From a virus (lineage: Duplodnaviria > Caudoviricetes), in IMG/VR virus record IMGVR_UViG_3300021540_000004, positions 32,001 through 96,000 of that record: a DNA stretch of 64,000 nucleotides. One strand, given 5' to 3'. Shown here in pieces: positions 10,283-19,665 of this stretch; the stretch's first letter is position 1; each line of letters starts with the position of its first letter. The position numbers and the translations under genes are program-made. The notes below the pieces were generated by a model. It did no database searches. It was not told the DNA's origin and saw nothing but the letters and a program-made list of their open reading frames with translations.

Positions 10283-11008
10283 TTAATTCAAACGCTCAAC
10301 AACATTCCAACGAAGCTGAAAACCCGTACCCTTCAAATACCTACGAACCTCAGACCTCGTATACTCCAAACTATAACCAAAACTATCAGCCAATTCCTCA
10401 ACATTCTTACCCGCTAAAAAATCAACACCACCACACTCATTAATCAACTTAAAAATAGGAGTCTCATGCTCCTTATACAACAACTTCTTCAAACTCAAAC
10501 CATTACGACGAAACACCTCATTCAAATAAGGATGTGGAACACCTAAACACTTAATAACCTCACTAAGACTATAACCATCACCTAATAATCGTTCAACATC
10601 ATCAATAATAACCTTATCATTACTAATAACACGATTACTACTACTAGTCTTATTATAACCAAGGTTCTTCCAAATAATATTATTCCTTTTAAAATACTCA
10701 GTTAAAGGAACACTACTCTTATAACCTAAATCCTCACCAATATCCTTTAAAGTATATCCCTGGTTTTTCATACGGATAATATAAGATAATCCTCCTTTAT
10801 CATAAATCAGCTGATTAATATTACGAACCTCTTCATTACATGGTAATTCAGACCAGGTTAAATCATATTTCTTAAGATAATTATAGATTATTTTAGGATT
10901 ACTATAACCTAATTCTTCAGCAGTTTCACGTTGAGTTTTACCCTCAGCACGAGATTGTTTAATAAACTCCAATCCCCCTGCATTATCAATTACATCACTA
11001 GAATTCAT
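10283..11008 (-). CDS. Tandem-HTH protein
   Basis: Repeated GG...G.T....E.LGY units (about 4). Confidence 0.6.
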   Translation of the reverse strand: MNSSDVIDNAGGLEFIKQSRAEGKTQRETAEELGYSNPKIIYNYLKKYDLTWSELPCNEEVRNINQLIYDKGGLSYIIRMKNQGYTLKDIGEDLGYKSSVPLTEYFKRNNIIWKNLGYNKTSSSNRVISNDKVIIDDVERLLGDGYSLSEVIKCLGVPHPYLNEVFRRNGLSLKKLLYKEHETPIFKLINECGGVDFLAGKNVEELADSFGYSLEYTRSEVRRYLKGTGFQLRWNVVERLN

Positions 11009-11013
11009 AAATA

Positions 11014-11367
11014 CTACACCTCATCTCTTATGTTGGTTTCGTAGAATTTACATCTTGGATCCATTATCCTACCATCACCACATTTACCTTTCAAATGATT
11101 ATACCTGTTACAAGTATAACAATGTGGAGGTACTGTAATATCCTTATTAATCCATACATCATCAACATTTATATGTTCTTCGCCTTGCCATACCGGTTCC
11201 AGACTTAAATGAACTTTCTTCAATTCCGGTATATTACCATGTGCTCTTTCTTCAGTGTATCTTATTTTAAATATTCTACTATAATATGTTCCATCAGGTT
11301 CTATTATATCTACCAATGCATCTTCTGGTAGTTTACTTAATACTTCTTGTAATTTTTTATTTTTCAC
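11014..11367 (-). CDS. Hypothetical protein with C-terminal Cys cluster
   Basis: CYTC...C...C; overlaps upstream gene. Confidence 0.6.
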   Translation of the reverse strand: MKNKKLQEVLSKLPEDALVDIIEPDGTYYSRIFKIRYTEERAHGNIPELKKVHLSLEPVWQGEEHINVDDVWINKDITVPPHCYTCNRYNHLKGKCGDGRIMDPRCKFYETNIRDEV

Positions 11368-11839
11368 CTTGCAACTCCTCCCTTAAATATTCTGCATAAG
11401 TTTTACATTTCTCCATATCTTCATCAAGATTCTTACTATCGCATCTCACAGAATATTTAATAATATTACCTTTTAAAAATCCAATATATTCTTCTTGACT
11501 TAATAATCCCATCTTAAACGCTTCAATGGGACTTAAACCATTTTTATTATAATATTTTGGATTGTAAATATCATCAATTGTTTTAACTTTATTACCTTCA
11601 ACATTAATATCAATATTTTCTGAATTTAATATGTTAAAGTATGCTTCTTTTAAACATTCTTTTAAGGAGTTTTTATCAAATGTTACTTTATTATCTTCAG
11701 CATAAATTGTTGTTGATAAGTTTTCACTTAATACTTTAGCGATTTCTGATATTATAGCTAATTTAGTATTTCCTTCAAATGTTGAAGATTTAATAGTTAA
11801 TTTTCTTTGAGATGCTTCCCTATCAATTTGTAACGACAT
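11357..11839 (-). CDS. DUF3310-like phage protein
   Basis: NPKYY, GFLKGNIIKY..R...KN..EDMEK. Confidence 0.7.
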   Translation of the reverse strand: MSLQIDREASQRKLTIKSSTFEGNTKLAIISEIAKVLSENLSTTIYAEDNKVTFDKNSLKECLKEAYFNILNSENIDINVEGNKVKTIDDIYNPKYYNKNGLSPIEAFKMGLLSQEEYIGFLKGNIIKYSVRCDSKNLDEDMEKCKTYAEYLREELQGEK

Positions 11840-11878
11840 AATTAACCTCCTCCTTAAAAAAAAATATTTTATCTTTTA

Positions 11879-12616
11879 TCACTCTGTTTCTTTATATAAT
11901 TTCCAGGCATCAGGAATATTTATCTCATAGACATGTGCACTTGTAGCATGATAATCTATACCTTTAAAATATACTTGTTTATTTAATTTATAACTATTAT
12001 ATTCCTCCATTAATTTTAAACCAAAATACGTTAAGAATAGCATATTACCATACCATGCACCATAAATATCATTGCTCCTGAACAGACAATGTAATATTAA
12101 TTCATTCTCATGTCTTATTGTTGCTTGCAAAAATTGTAAGCAAGGTATATCTTCAACACTATTATCTAAGAATGGATTGTATATTGTTGCAACAGCACGA
12201 TTAGTGTTACTATTATTATTTAACCTGTTAATCATAACATTAAATTGATTTATAACTGTTACTGGTTCAGTATCTAATGCTTTTTGTTTGAATATACGGT
12301 TAGGATAACTGTAAACAAAACTTTTATCACCAGTTAAATTTATCTGATCAGTATTGTCTACTGCTGTTGCATATTCCATTAATGCTTCACCTTTCAAACC
12401 ATAATTATTCAAGTCAAATCTTCCTTCTTTTAAAGATTTACGGTAGTATTCTAAACCAGTCATGTCATCTGGTTTTTCATACACTTCAGGGAAGGGATTA
12501 TTGATGAATATATGGTTTCCTAGGCTTTCTTGTATTTTACTATCATCTTTATTTGTTAGTTCACCATATACTAGTATGTTTTTTAGTATATGGTGTAATG
12601 CATTTATTATATGCAA
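11879..12616 (-). CDS. thyA: Thymidylate synthase family (ThyA or dUMP hydroxymethylase)
   Basis: YSYPNR, NRAVA, catalytic PCLQ, FRSND..GAW..N (Asn indicates dUMP substrate), SAHVY. Confidence 0.8.
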   Translation of the reverse strand: MHIINALHHILKNILVYGELTNKDDSKIQESLGNHIFINNPFPEVYEKPDDMTGLEYYRKSLKEGRFDLNNYGLKGEALMEYATAVDNTDQINLTGDKSFVYSYPNRIFKQKALDTEPVTVINQFNVMINRLNNNSNTNRAVATIYNPFLDNSVEDIPCLQFLQATIRHENELILHCLFRSNDIYGAWYGNMLFLTYFGLKLMEEYNSYKLNKQVYFKGIDYHATSAHVYEINIPDAWKLYKETE

Positions 12617-12617
12617 A

Positions 12618-12971
12618 TCATAAACCTCCTATTACTGGTATTAAATGTATGTTTTTTAATATTAGTTTGAAATCGTGAAATCCGTTTTCGAATACTATTA
12701 TTGGGAATGTTTTGCGTTTAACTATCATTATATTATATTTTATATGTAACATGTCAAGTACTGGTGTTATGTAGTGTACTTGTGTTTTATGGATTTCTAA
12801 TCCTTCTTTCCATACGCATTTTGTTATGTCGTATGGGTGTTCTTTTACAGGTACTGTTGTTGTGTTTGCAAAGTATCCCATTTGGTTTAAGGATGAGCTT
12901 AAACGGCCTCCGGTATTGTATAAATCCATGTTTTCTACAATGTTGTTTAGTTCTTGTTGCATTTGGGTCAT
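12618..12971 (-). CDS. Hypothetical early protein (start corrected to ATG 12971)
   Basis: GGTGAG RBS at 12982-12987 lies inside the leader, so the listed upstream start is leader sequence. Confidence 0.6.
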   Translation of the reverse strand: MTQMQQELNNIVENMDLYNTGGRLSSSLNQMGYFANTTTVPVKEHPYDITKCVWKEGLEIHKTQVHYITPVLDMLHIKYNIMIVKRKTFPIIVFENGFHDFKLILKNIHLIPVIGGL

Positions 12972-12979
12972 AATCAATA

Positions 12980-13070
12980 TTCTCACCTTGGTTTTTTTCT
13001 TTTGGGGTTTTTTTAGGAGCATAATTATACTCCCTTATATAATATTATGATATACTAGTATATAAAAGTT
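12980..13070 (-). promoter_or_regulatory. Early promoter plus structured leader, copy 2
   Basis: TTTATATA, TAGTATATCATAATATTATATAAG, GGAGTATA/TATGCTCC hairpin, CCCCAAAAGAAAAAA, GGTGAG. Confidence 0.75.
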
Positions 13071-13071
13071 T

Positions 13072-13383
13072 TCATAATATTTTGAATTGATACTGAAAAA
13101 CCACACTACCAAAACCAAAACCATCAAAACAAGACCTTAACTCATGCAAAAACAAATCACGATGAACATAACCCTCAGCACGAGCCATAAAAAAATCAAC
13201 ATCACTCAACTTGCAACTAACAACCTCCTCCACCTGACAAGTCAACCTACCACCCACACCATCAAAAACCATGACAAACCTATCACCACGCCTCAAACCA
13301 TTATCATCCAAAAGACTAAAAGCAACCTTACGCTTACTCAAAACAGGAGCCTTAAAATCCTTATGCAAAACAACCTTAATCAT
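13072..13383 (-). CDS. ASCH/PUA-like domain protein
   Basis: GD..V...V.EV....L.DV....ARAEGY...F...L pattern. Confidence 0.55.
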   Translation of the reverse strand: MIKVVLHKDFKAPVLSKRKVAFSLLDDNGLRRGDRFVMVFDGVGGRLTCQVEEVVSCKLSDVDFFMARAEGYVHRDLFLHELRSCFDGFGFGSVVFQYQFKIL

Positions 13384-13700
13384 CCACATTCTCCAAGACA
13401 CTTAGCCATATAACCCTTAATAATCTTCAACTCATCCTCTAAAACACGACACTTATACGGGTCTGTTTCACTAATAAATAATTCAAAAGTAAACTTATAC
13501 CGTATAACTAACTCTTCAAAACTAGCACCCTCATGAATACTATCTTTACAATTAACACTAGTGAAATATTTAGAATTCACTTTTTCTACAAAAACATCAC
13601 AACGATTCTTAGGATAATACTCTTTATAAGGAATATTCTTTAATAATTCCAGGACATTCTTTTTTTCAAAAGCTTTTTTAATTTCTTCTTGATCAACCAT
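13380..13700 (-). CDS. Hypothetical protein
   Basis: ORF in operon context. Confidence 0.55.
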   Translation of the reverse strand: MVDQEEIKKAFEKKNVLELLKNIPYKEYYPKNRCDVFVEKVNSKYFTSVNCKDSIHEGASFEELVIRYKFTFELFISETDPYKCRVLEDELKIIKGYMAKCLGECG

Positions 13701-13715
13701 AACCTTTCACATTTT

Positions 13716-13812
13716 TTATATTAATGTTGTTTGAACAGATTCCTTTTTCTTTTTTACAGGAATTATTTCCAGTAATTCACCACCATATCCTTTAGGTGAA
13801 TGTATTACTTCA
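13716..13812 (-). pseudogene. 3' remnant of a gene interrupted by the IS (EVIHSPKGYGGELLEIIPVKKKKESVQTTLI*)
   Basis: Open frame begins exactly at the IS right end; probable 5' part MIKCPDCNK with GGAGG RBS lies at about 15150-15177. Confidence 0.6.
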
Positions 13813-13847
13813 TTGAACTACTACGACCTAATAGAGGTCGTAGATTC

Positions 13848-14996
13848 CTAACTTCGAGATGAAAGGCAAACTCCGTCGTCCCAACGGTTTAAGATATTAA
13901 TAGCGGCATTAATATCCCTATCATGAGTATTTTGACACTTAGGACATGTCCATACTCTATGACTAGTAGTTAATTGATTAAAATATTCATGGCAAACACT
14001 ACATTCTTGACTAGTATATGCAGCATTAACTTCAACTAAACCAGTAGCTTCAGGTTTATACCAACTAAATTTATATTGAATCATATTTTTAAATCTATTT
14101 AATGGAAACCGAATATTTTGTTCACCTTTAGTTAAAGATTTAAGTATATTAACCCAATTATTTTCAATTACAATAGTATCACACTCTTTAACCAAATTAG
14201 TTGAAAGTTTTTGAGTAAAATCGTTTAATTTATTCTTGATTTTATCATACCACTTATTTAATCTTCTTTGATATTTTTTAAAGGCTTGACTTCCTTTCTT
14301 TTTAGTACTTAATGATTTATTCAATTGTTTAATCATTTGGATTTCATGATTAATATCAAATTTATATTTATCACCAGTATTACTAACAAGAAAACTATTC
14401 TTATTACTATTTAAGTCAAAACCTTTATTAATACCGGTTAATTCTAATTTATTAACAGGAGCTTCAATATTAACAATAGCAAAATATTTAAAATTATCAT
14501 AACTAATAGTTATATTGTTAATTTGAATATCTTCTGAATTAAGTAGATTAATATATTCTTTACTAGTTCTAAATCTAATCATACCATATTTTCTAAGCTT
14601 AAAATGAGTTCCTTGAACTAAATTATCCGTTACAGTTTGTCTAAAACTTAATCTAGTATTTTTTTTACTGTGAAATTTTGGAAATTTTGATTTAGGATTT
14701 TTAAAGAACATTTGATAGGATTTGAACAAATCACGGCTAGATTGTTGAAGACTAGTAGATTCAACTTCTTTCAAAAAATGAAATTCTACTTTAATTTCAT
14801 TTAAAAATGTATTGATTAATTTGATATTTAATTTATACATTCCTGAATACCTAGCATATAGATTGTTTAATCTATCTAATATTTGATTATATACTAATCT
14901 AGAACAACCAAAGTTTTGCTGAAAAAGTCTTTCCTGTTCCTTATTAGGATATATTCTAACCTTAATTCCTTTATTTACTATTTGCATATACTTCAC
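13848..14996 (-). CDS. tnpB: TnpB RNA-guided endonuclease
   Basis: KVRIYPNKEQ...FGCSRLVYN; RuvC I GFDLN, RuvC II VIEN, YTSQECSVC/CPKC zinc finger, RuvC III DRDINAAIN. Confidence 0.95.
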   Translation of the reverse strand: MKYMQIVNKGIKVRIYPNKEQERLFQQNFGCSRLVYNQILDRLNNLYARYSGMYKLNIKLINTFLNEIKVEFHFLKEVESTSLQQSSRDLFKSYQMFFKNPKSKFPKFHSKKNTRLSFRQTVTDNLVQGTHFKLRKYGMIRFRTSKEYINLLNSEDIQINNITISYDNFKYFAIVNIEAPVNKLELTGINKGFDLNSNKNSFLVSNTGDKYKFDINHEIQMIKQLNKSLSTKKKGSQAFKKYQRRLNKWYDKIKNKLNDFTQKLSTNLVKECDTIVIENNWVNILKSLTKGEQNIRFPLNRFKNMIQYKFSWYKPEATGLVEVNAAYTSQECSVCHEYFNQLTTSHRVWTCPKCQNTHDRDINAAINILNRWDDGVCLSSRS

Positions 14997-15150
14997 CTCC
15001 TTGATTGATTTTCAATATATTATTTAATAGTTTCTATATTTGCTCCTCCAATAGTGGTTATGAAATATCCTATTTTCCAAAATTGAGATTTCCACAGTTT
15101 ACTTTTAATTTCTGGATATTCTTTTTTAATTAATCTACTACTAGCCGGTT
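14993..15150 (-). pseudogene. tnpA: IS200 Y1 transposase C-terminal remnant
   Basis: ASSRLIKKEYPEIKSKLWKSQFWKIGYFITTIGGANIETIK*YIENQ; 5' half missing, internal TAA at 15020-15022. Confidence 0.85.
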
Positions 15151-15205
15151 TTTATTACAATCAGGACATTTAATCATAGAACCTTCCTCCAGTTTATCTT
15201 ACTTT

Positions 15206-15802
15206 TTAGTATTCTATGATACGAATATCAGACTCCCCACCACAATAAATATTATGCTGTGAGGCTGCTTCAATAGCTAAAGACACCTGCTTAACCTTCC
15301 CAATATTCGGGTTCAACTTACCGCTAGTATATAAACTAGCTAAAGCTTCAACATAACCTGAACCATCAACAATATAATCCATTACTTGTAAAACACCAAA
15401 ATTACGTTCTACCTAAAAGATTTCATCACCATAAACTATTATAAGATTAGACTCACTATCAAACTTATTGTTACTGTCACCAACAATTTTATTATTAAAT
15501 AAATCATCTCTTAAACATTTTAAGAATTTTTTATGTAAATATTCCATGAATTCCATATTATTTGGTAATGATGGTGCTTCAAAGCTATATTCAATAAAAT
15601 TAGTCATAGAGGCCATTCCTGCAACAGCAATGTAACATTCATCAGTTCTTACAGTTTCACCGTAACCATCAATAACAGGAATGTTAATATTTAAAATTTT
15701 ACTATCAATAATATCTTTAGTATAACCATAAGTCATTTGCTTATCTGTACCGAGTATTATACGATTATTTTTTTTATCTTTTAAAGCAACTATAACTGTC
15801 AA
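15206..15802 (-). pseudogene. Ntn-hydrolase (proteasome beta/HslV-like) protein split by one in-frame TAG
   Basis: MTVIVA..GTD N-terminal Thr; frame continues past TAG 15413-15415 with DGSGYVEA...AIEAASQHNIYCGG to TAA 15206. Confidence 0.75.
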
Positions 15803-15959
15803 TTTAACGATACCTCCCTGGACCTTCTATTACCTTATTTTTTTTAAACCATTTTCTATTTAAAAAGTTAATATATCGTATTTCTATTAAACTACCGTCT
15901 CTTTGACGATATTTATAATATTCTCTTTTTGGTATAAATTTCATCATAATAAAATTCTA

Positions 15960-16247
15960 TTATCTTCTTGGGTTTGTTACTAATCTGTATATGGAACCGT
16001 TTTCTTTTTTAAATTCTTTTTCTAGCTTGTATCCTATTGATTCTGCGATTTCTTGTATATCTTCCCGTTCTTCTTCAAATCCTATGTATATGGTGTATAC
16101 ATTATTATCAATAGCTAGTAAATCTACATGTTTTGTTCCTAGTTCTTCTTTTAATCTGTTTTTTAATTCTTCTTTTTTATCATATACCTGGTTTAATTTT
16201 ATTAGTAATTTGTTTAAATCTTCATTTAGTGTGTTTGATAGTTTCAT
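15960..16247 (-). CDS. Hypothetical protein
   Basis: ORF with GTGAGG RBS and TTTTTCGTATG start context. Confidence 0.6.
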   Translation of the reverse strand: MKLSNTLNEDLNKLLIKLNQVYDKKEELKNRLKEELGTKHVDLLAIDNNVYTIYIGFEEEREDIQEIAESIGYKLEKEFKKENGSIYRLVTNPRR

Positions 16248-16268
16248 ACGAAAAATCCCTCACGTTTA

Positions 16269-16643
16269 TTATTTTTTTTGCCAGTTGTTCTTTTTTAATT
16301 GTTCAACCATTTTTTGTGCTTCTTCTTCAGTAGCATATCCGCCGAAATAGATTTGTTTTCCATCTATTCTTTTACTAACATCCCATCTTTTCGTACATTT
16401 ATTATACCTGTAATTTTTAATATTATCCCTTTTGGGCCTGCTTACACGTGGTGTACCTCCACGTTCTATGAATTCATGATATAACCTTAGATAATGGTTT
16501 TTACCATATTTTGCATATAAATCTTTTACACTATTATTTTTATCAAGGTAATCTTTTTCGAATTCATCATATTTGTTGCGTATTTCTAAATTGAATATAG
16601 TATTAGGTATTGTTTTAAATTCATCAACAGCAACATCACTCAT
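16269..16643 (-). CDS. AP2-like DNA-binding protein
   Basis: IYFGGYATEEEAQKMVEQLKKNNW. Confidence 0.65.
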   Translation of the reverse strand: MSDVAVDEFKTIPNTIFNLEIRNKYDEFEKDYLDKNNSVKDLYAKYGKNHYLRLYHEFIERGGTPRVSRPKRDNIKNYRYNKCTKRWDVSKRIDGKQIYFGGYATEEEAQKMVEQLKKNNWQKK

Positions 16644-16663
16644 TTTAGAATCCCCCCAGTCAT

Positions 16664-17014
16664 TTATTCATTTTTTTGTTCTAGTTCTTCTAATTCTCGT
16701 ATTATTTCTTGGTTTTCACTTAATGAATTATTTAAGCATTCTTTTAAAATGTTATATAATACATTGGTAGTGTGTTCTTGTAATTTTAATTGAGTTTTTA
16801 ATTCTTTGTTTTCTTCTTTTAATTTCTCTATTCTTTTAATATATTCTGTTTCTTGTTCTTGTAATCTGTTTTTATAATAAAATTCTAGAAAAGAATCAAG
16901 TTCTGGTTTTTCATATGTTCTGTGATTATTAACGTAGTATATTGCTGAGAATACTAATGCTAATAATAGTGGAAATCCAATTGCTACGATTATACATGGA
17001 ATGTAATCTATCAT
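16664..17014 (-). CDS. Membrane-anchored coiled-coil protein
   Basis: N-terminal hydrophobic helix, heptad-rich C-terminus. Confidence 0.6.
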   Translation of the reverse strand: MIDYIPCIIVAIGFPLLLALVFSAIYYVNNHRTYEKPELDSFLEFYYKNRLQEQETEYIKRIEKLKEENKELKTQLKLQEHTTNVLYNILKECLNNSLSENQEIIRELEELEQKNE

Positions 17015-17017
17015 AAT

Positions 17018-17521
17018 TTATTCTCCGGTATATTTTGAGTATACTGTTCCTTTACTGTTTTGATAATGTGAGTTTAATCCATCTGAACCATAAGGATTAT
17101 CGCATCTGCTGGATAATTGTTCTAGAACTAACTGGCAGATTTGTATCTTTTTATGTAATCTGAATGTTTGGTTACTGCAATTGTATAGTTCTAGTGTTAT
17201 GTTTCCTTTAAATCCTGGGTCAATGTATCCTGCTGTTACATGTATCATGATACCCATACGGCCTATACTGGATTTTCCGTCAACTATACCAACAAGATAT
17301 TCGGGTATTTCTACATGTTCATATGTAGATGCAAGAATAAATTCACCAGGTTCAAGATTATATCCTCCATCATTTAAATTCCATGAATCACCATTTAATG
17401 TTTTAATCATATCACCTAACCTTAAATCAACACTTGCTGGTTGAATAATATCAGGTTCAGGTATAATCTTTAATGACTCATCCATTAATTCCAACTTAAT
17501 ATCACGATCACTTAAAATCAT
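17018..17521 (-). CDS. dcd: dCTP deaminase / trimeric dUTPase family
   Basis: MILSDRDI, QPASVDLRLG, GKSSIGRMG, TAGYIDPGFKGNITLE, YGS....HYQ. Confidence 0.9.
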   Translation of the reverse strand: MILSDRDIKLELMDESLKIIPEPDIIQPASVDLRLGDMIKTLNGDSWNLNDGGYNLEPGEFILASTYEHVEIPEYLVGIVDGKSSIGRMGIMIHVTAGYIDPGFKGNITLELYNCSNQTFRLHKKIQICQLVLEQLSSRCDNPYGSDGLNSHYQNSKGTVYSKYTGE

Positions 17522-17547
17522 CTTATAAAACCAACCTTATATTTTCT

Positions 17548-18081
17548 TTATACTACGATACGATTACCAAGATAATTACTATAATCAAGTGATGTAGCAT
17601 TAGAATCATCAATAACTTCCACACTCAAAATATTCGGGAACCCATTATTAAACCCTTCACGCCAACCATAATATTTCACTTTCAAAACAGAACCTGGTTT
17701 AGCATTATTCAATATATCACGACTATTAAACTTACCGAACAAGAAATTATCCTCATTTAAAAAACCTTCACCATCACTAGTAACCATTAATAAATCACCA
17801 GCAGAATCAATAACCATAAAACCATTATCATTTTTACTTATACCTGGTTTAGGCTGCCAATCACCAACAGTAACAATCTTCTCATTAACAGAATTCACTT
17901 CAACAGTATAATGCCACATAAGTGGTGTTGCAACTAATAATACCACACCAATTATCAAGAAAACAATACCTACCTCTAATATCCTATCATTATTACTTTT
18001 AAAAATACAAAGTACGCCAATTACAATTGGTATTATCCAAAGGGACCATAGTAACATTCCCATAAACCATGAAATCATCAA
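17548..18081 (-). CDS. Membrane protein, DUF1523-like
   Basis: Two TM helices followed by NED..FGKFNS...YYGWR...FPNI. Confidence 0.55.
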   Translation of the reverse strand: MMISWFMGMLLWSLWIIPIVIGVLCIFKSNNDRILEVGIVFLIIGVVLLVATPLMWHYTVEVNSVNEKIVTVGDWQPKPGISKNDNGFMVIDSAGDLLMVTSDGEGFLNEDNFLFGKFNSRDILNNAKPGSVLKVKYYGWREGFNNGFPNILSVEVIDDSNATSLDYSNYLGNRIVV

Positions 18082-18097
18082 ATCACACCACCATTTT

Positions 18098-19408
18098 TTA
18101 TTTGTTGAGTTTAATCTCCAATAAATTATAAACTTTACCGGACTGCTTTTTTAACTGAGGATACTTCTGAGCAAATAACCTAATCAAATCCACCACATCA
18201 TAACCAGGATAATCATTAATCAAAGTATCAGTTATTTCATCTAACTCCGGTGAAGGATTACGAGCCTCCCACATTTTTAAAAATAATCTTTCAGTCTTAT
18301 TTTTTGTTTTATGATTATCCACATACTCTACAGGATAATCCTCTAACAACATTTCACGAACATAACCCCAGTAACAATACTTATCTTCACTGTATAATTC
18401 TTTTAGTTGTGATTGATAATCATCAAAATACTTATTCAACTCTTTAATAATATCATTTTTAGGAATACCATTTTCACTGCGATGTTTTATTTCAATAGCT
18501 GATGTTTTAACTTTAATATACTTCTGATTACCACTTGGTGAATAAGTATTGAAAACAACACCCTCCAATAAAATAGACTCCCTACTTTCATTAATGTAAT
18601 CTATAGCATTTTTACATGCAACGATACAATCCATCATATTATCAAAAGAATTATCCTCACCAAAAATCTCGTCGGTATAGTTTAAATCAGCTAGAAGACT
18701 ATCACCAACAATTCCTAAACGGAATTTACCATCCTCATTTTTGTCTATGCGGATTAAAGGTATGTTCTCTGTGAAATAATCTACACTAACATTTCTTAAT
18801 TCCCCTGCACCTAACCAATAGGCACCGCATTCTTCAGGAGGATAATTTACTATACTTTTATTCTTATATACTCCGATTAGTGTTAAATCTAAATCAACAT
18901 CAGGATAGTATATTTCATGCTTATTTTGTGAACCATACATTTCAAAAACAAGTGTATCAAAACGATTACCTGGAGCATTATAATATTCATCGATATGTTT
19001 ATGATCCATTTTGTTAAACATGCTGATGAAATGTTTATCTGCAACAGCCATTCCACGTGTTTTAGGTACATATTCAATAGTATGGTCCGGTAAAAATAAT
19101 GGATAAATAATTAAACATGAACCATCCAATTTTTCAAAAGCAAAATGAACACTTAAATCTTCATCAATCTGACTTTTATGCTCATAATATTTAATCTTTG
19201 GAAACGATTGTACAAATTGTGTTGTTTCTTCACCATCAACACGTAAAATCAACAAACTACCAAGGAAATGATTATGTTTATTACAGATATAACCATTAAT
19301 CTCATGGCCTTCTGGTGTTGTGGCTTTAAATTCTCTTAATTCTTTACTGTTCATACCACCGAAATATGAATCAGCATACTTCTGCTTATCTTCTTTACTT
19401 ATATTCAT
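18098..19408 (-). CDS. ATP-dependent RNA ligase-like nucleotidyltransferase
   Basis: Motif I EKLDGS, III FEMYG, IV EGVV, V KVK. Confidence 0.75.
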   Translation of the reverse strand: MNISKEDKQKYADSYFGGMNSKELREFKATTPEGHEINGYICNKHNHFLGSLLILRVDGEETTQFVQSFPKIKYYEHKSQIDEDLSVHFAFEKLDGSCLIIYPLFLPDHTIEYVPKTRGMAVADKHFISMFNKMDHKHIDEYYNAPGNRFDTLVFEMYGSQNKHEIYYPDVDLDLTLIGVYKNKSIVNYPPEECGAYWLGAGELRNVSVDYFTENIPLIRIDKNEDGKFRLGIVGDSLLADLNYTDEIFGEDNSFDNMMDCIVACKNAIDYINESRESILLEGVVFNTYSPSGNQKYIKVKTSAIEIKHRSENGIPKNDIIKELNKYFDDYQSQLKELYSEDKYCYWGYVREMLLEDYPVEYVDNHKTKNKTERLFLKMWEARNPSPELDEITDTLINDYPGYDVVDLIRLFAQKYPQLKKQSGKVYNLLEIKLNK

Positions 19409-19665
19409 ATGTCCTCACTTTCTTTCTTTTGGGTTGATAAAAAAAATTTATAATTTTAATAAGTGTAATTAAGTTATTTATTTAACCATCACATTTATTC
19501 TCCTCCAAATAATTCTCCAAATCATAAATATCAATATCCAAATCACCTAACCGTATAAGATATTTTATCCGTTCATGCTCTTTATCACATTCCTGCAACT
19601 TACGAGTATAATATCTTAATAAACTGTAACAGGCTTCTAATTTCTGCTCTTCATTAACCAATTAA

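Larger units (their letters stand above)
13813..15150 (-). mobile_element. IS200/IS605-family element, non-autonomous (tnpA remnant + tnpB + right end)
   Basis: Right-end hairpin CTACGACCT-CTATT-AGGTCGTAG followed by terminal TTCAA at 13813-13817; tnpB; truncated tnpA. Confidence 0.9.

Noticed and set aside
12972-13022. Lys/Pro-rich N-terminal extensions on ORFs 12618..13022, 28047..28256 and 32803..33027
   Set aside because: They translate the conserved non-coding leader; the GGTGAG RBS points to downstream ATGs
15413-15415. Genome-wide amber recoding or pyrrolysine use
   Set aside because: Only one in-frame TAG found, TAG terminates other genes normally, and no suppressor tRNA or pyl genes are visible
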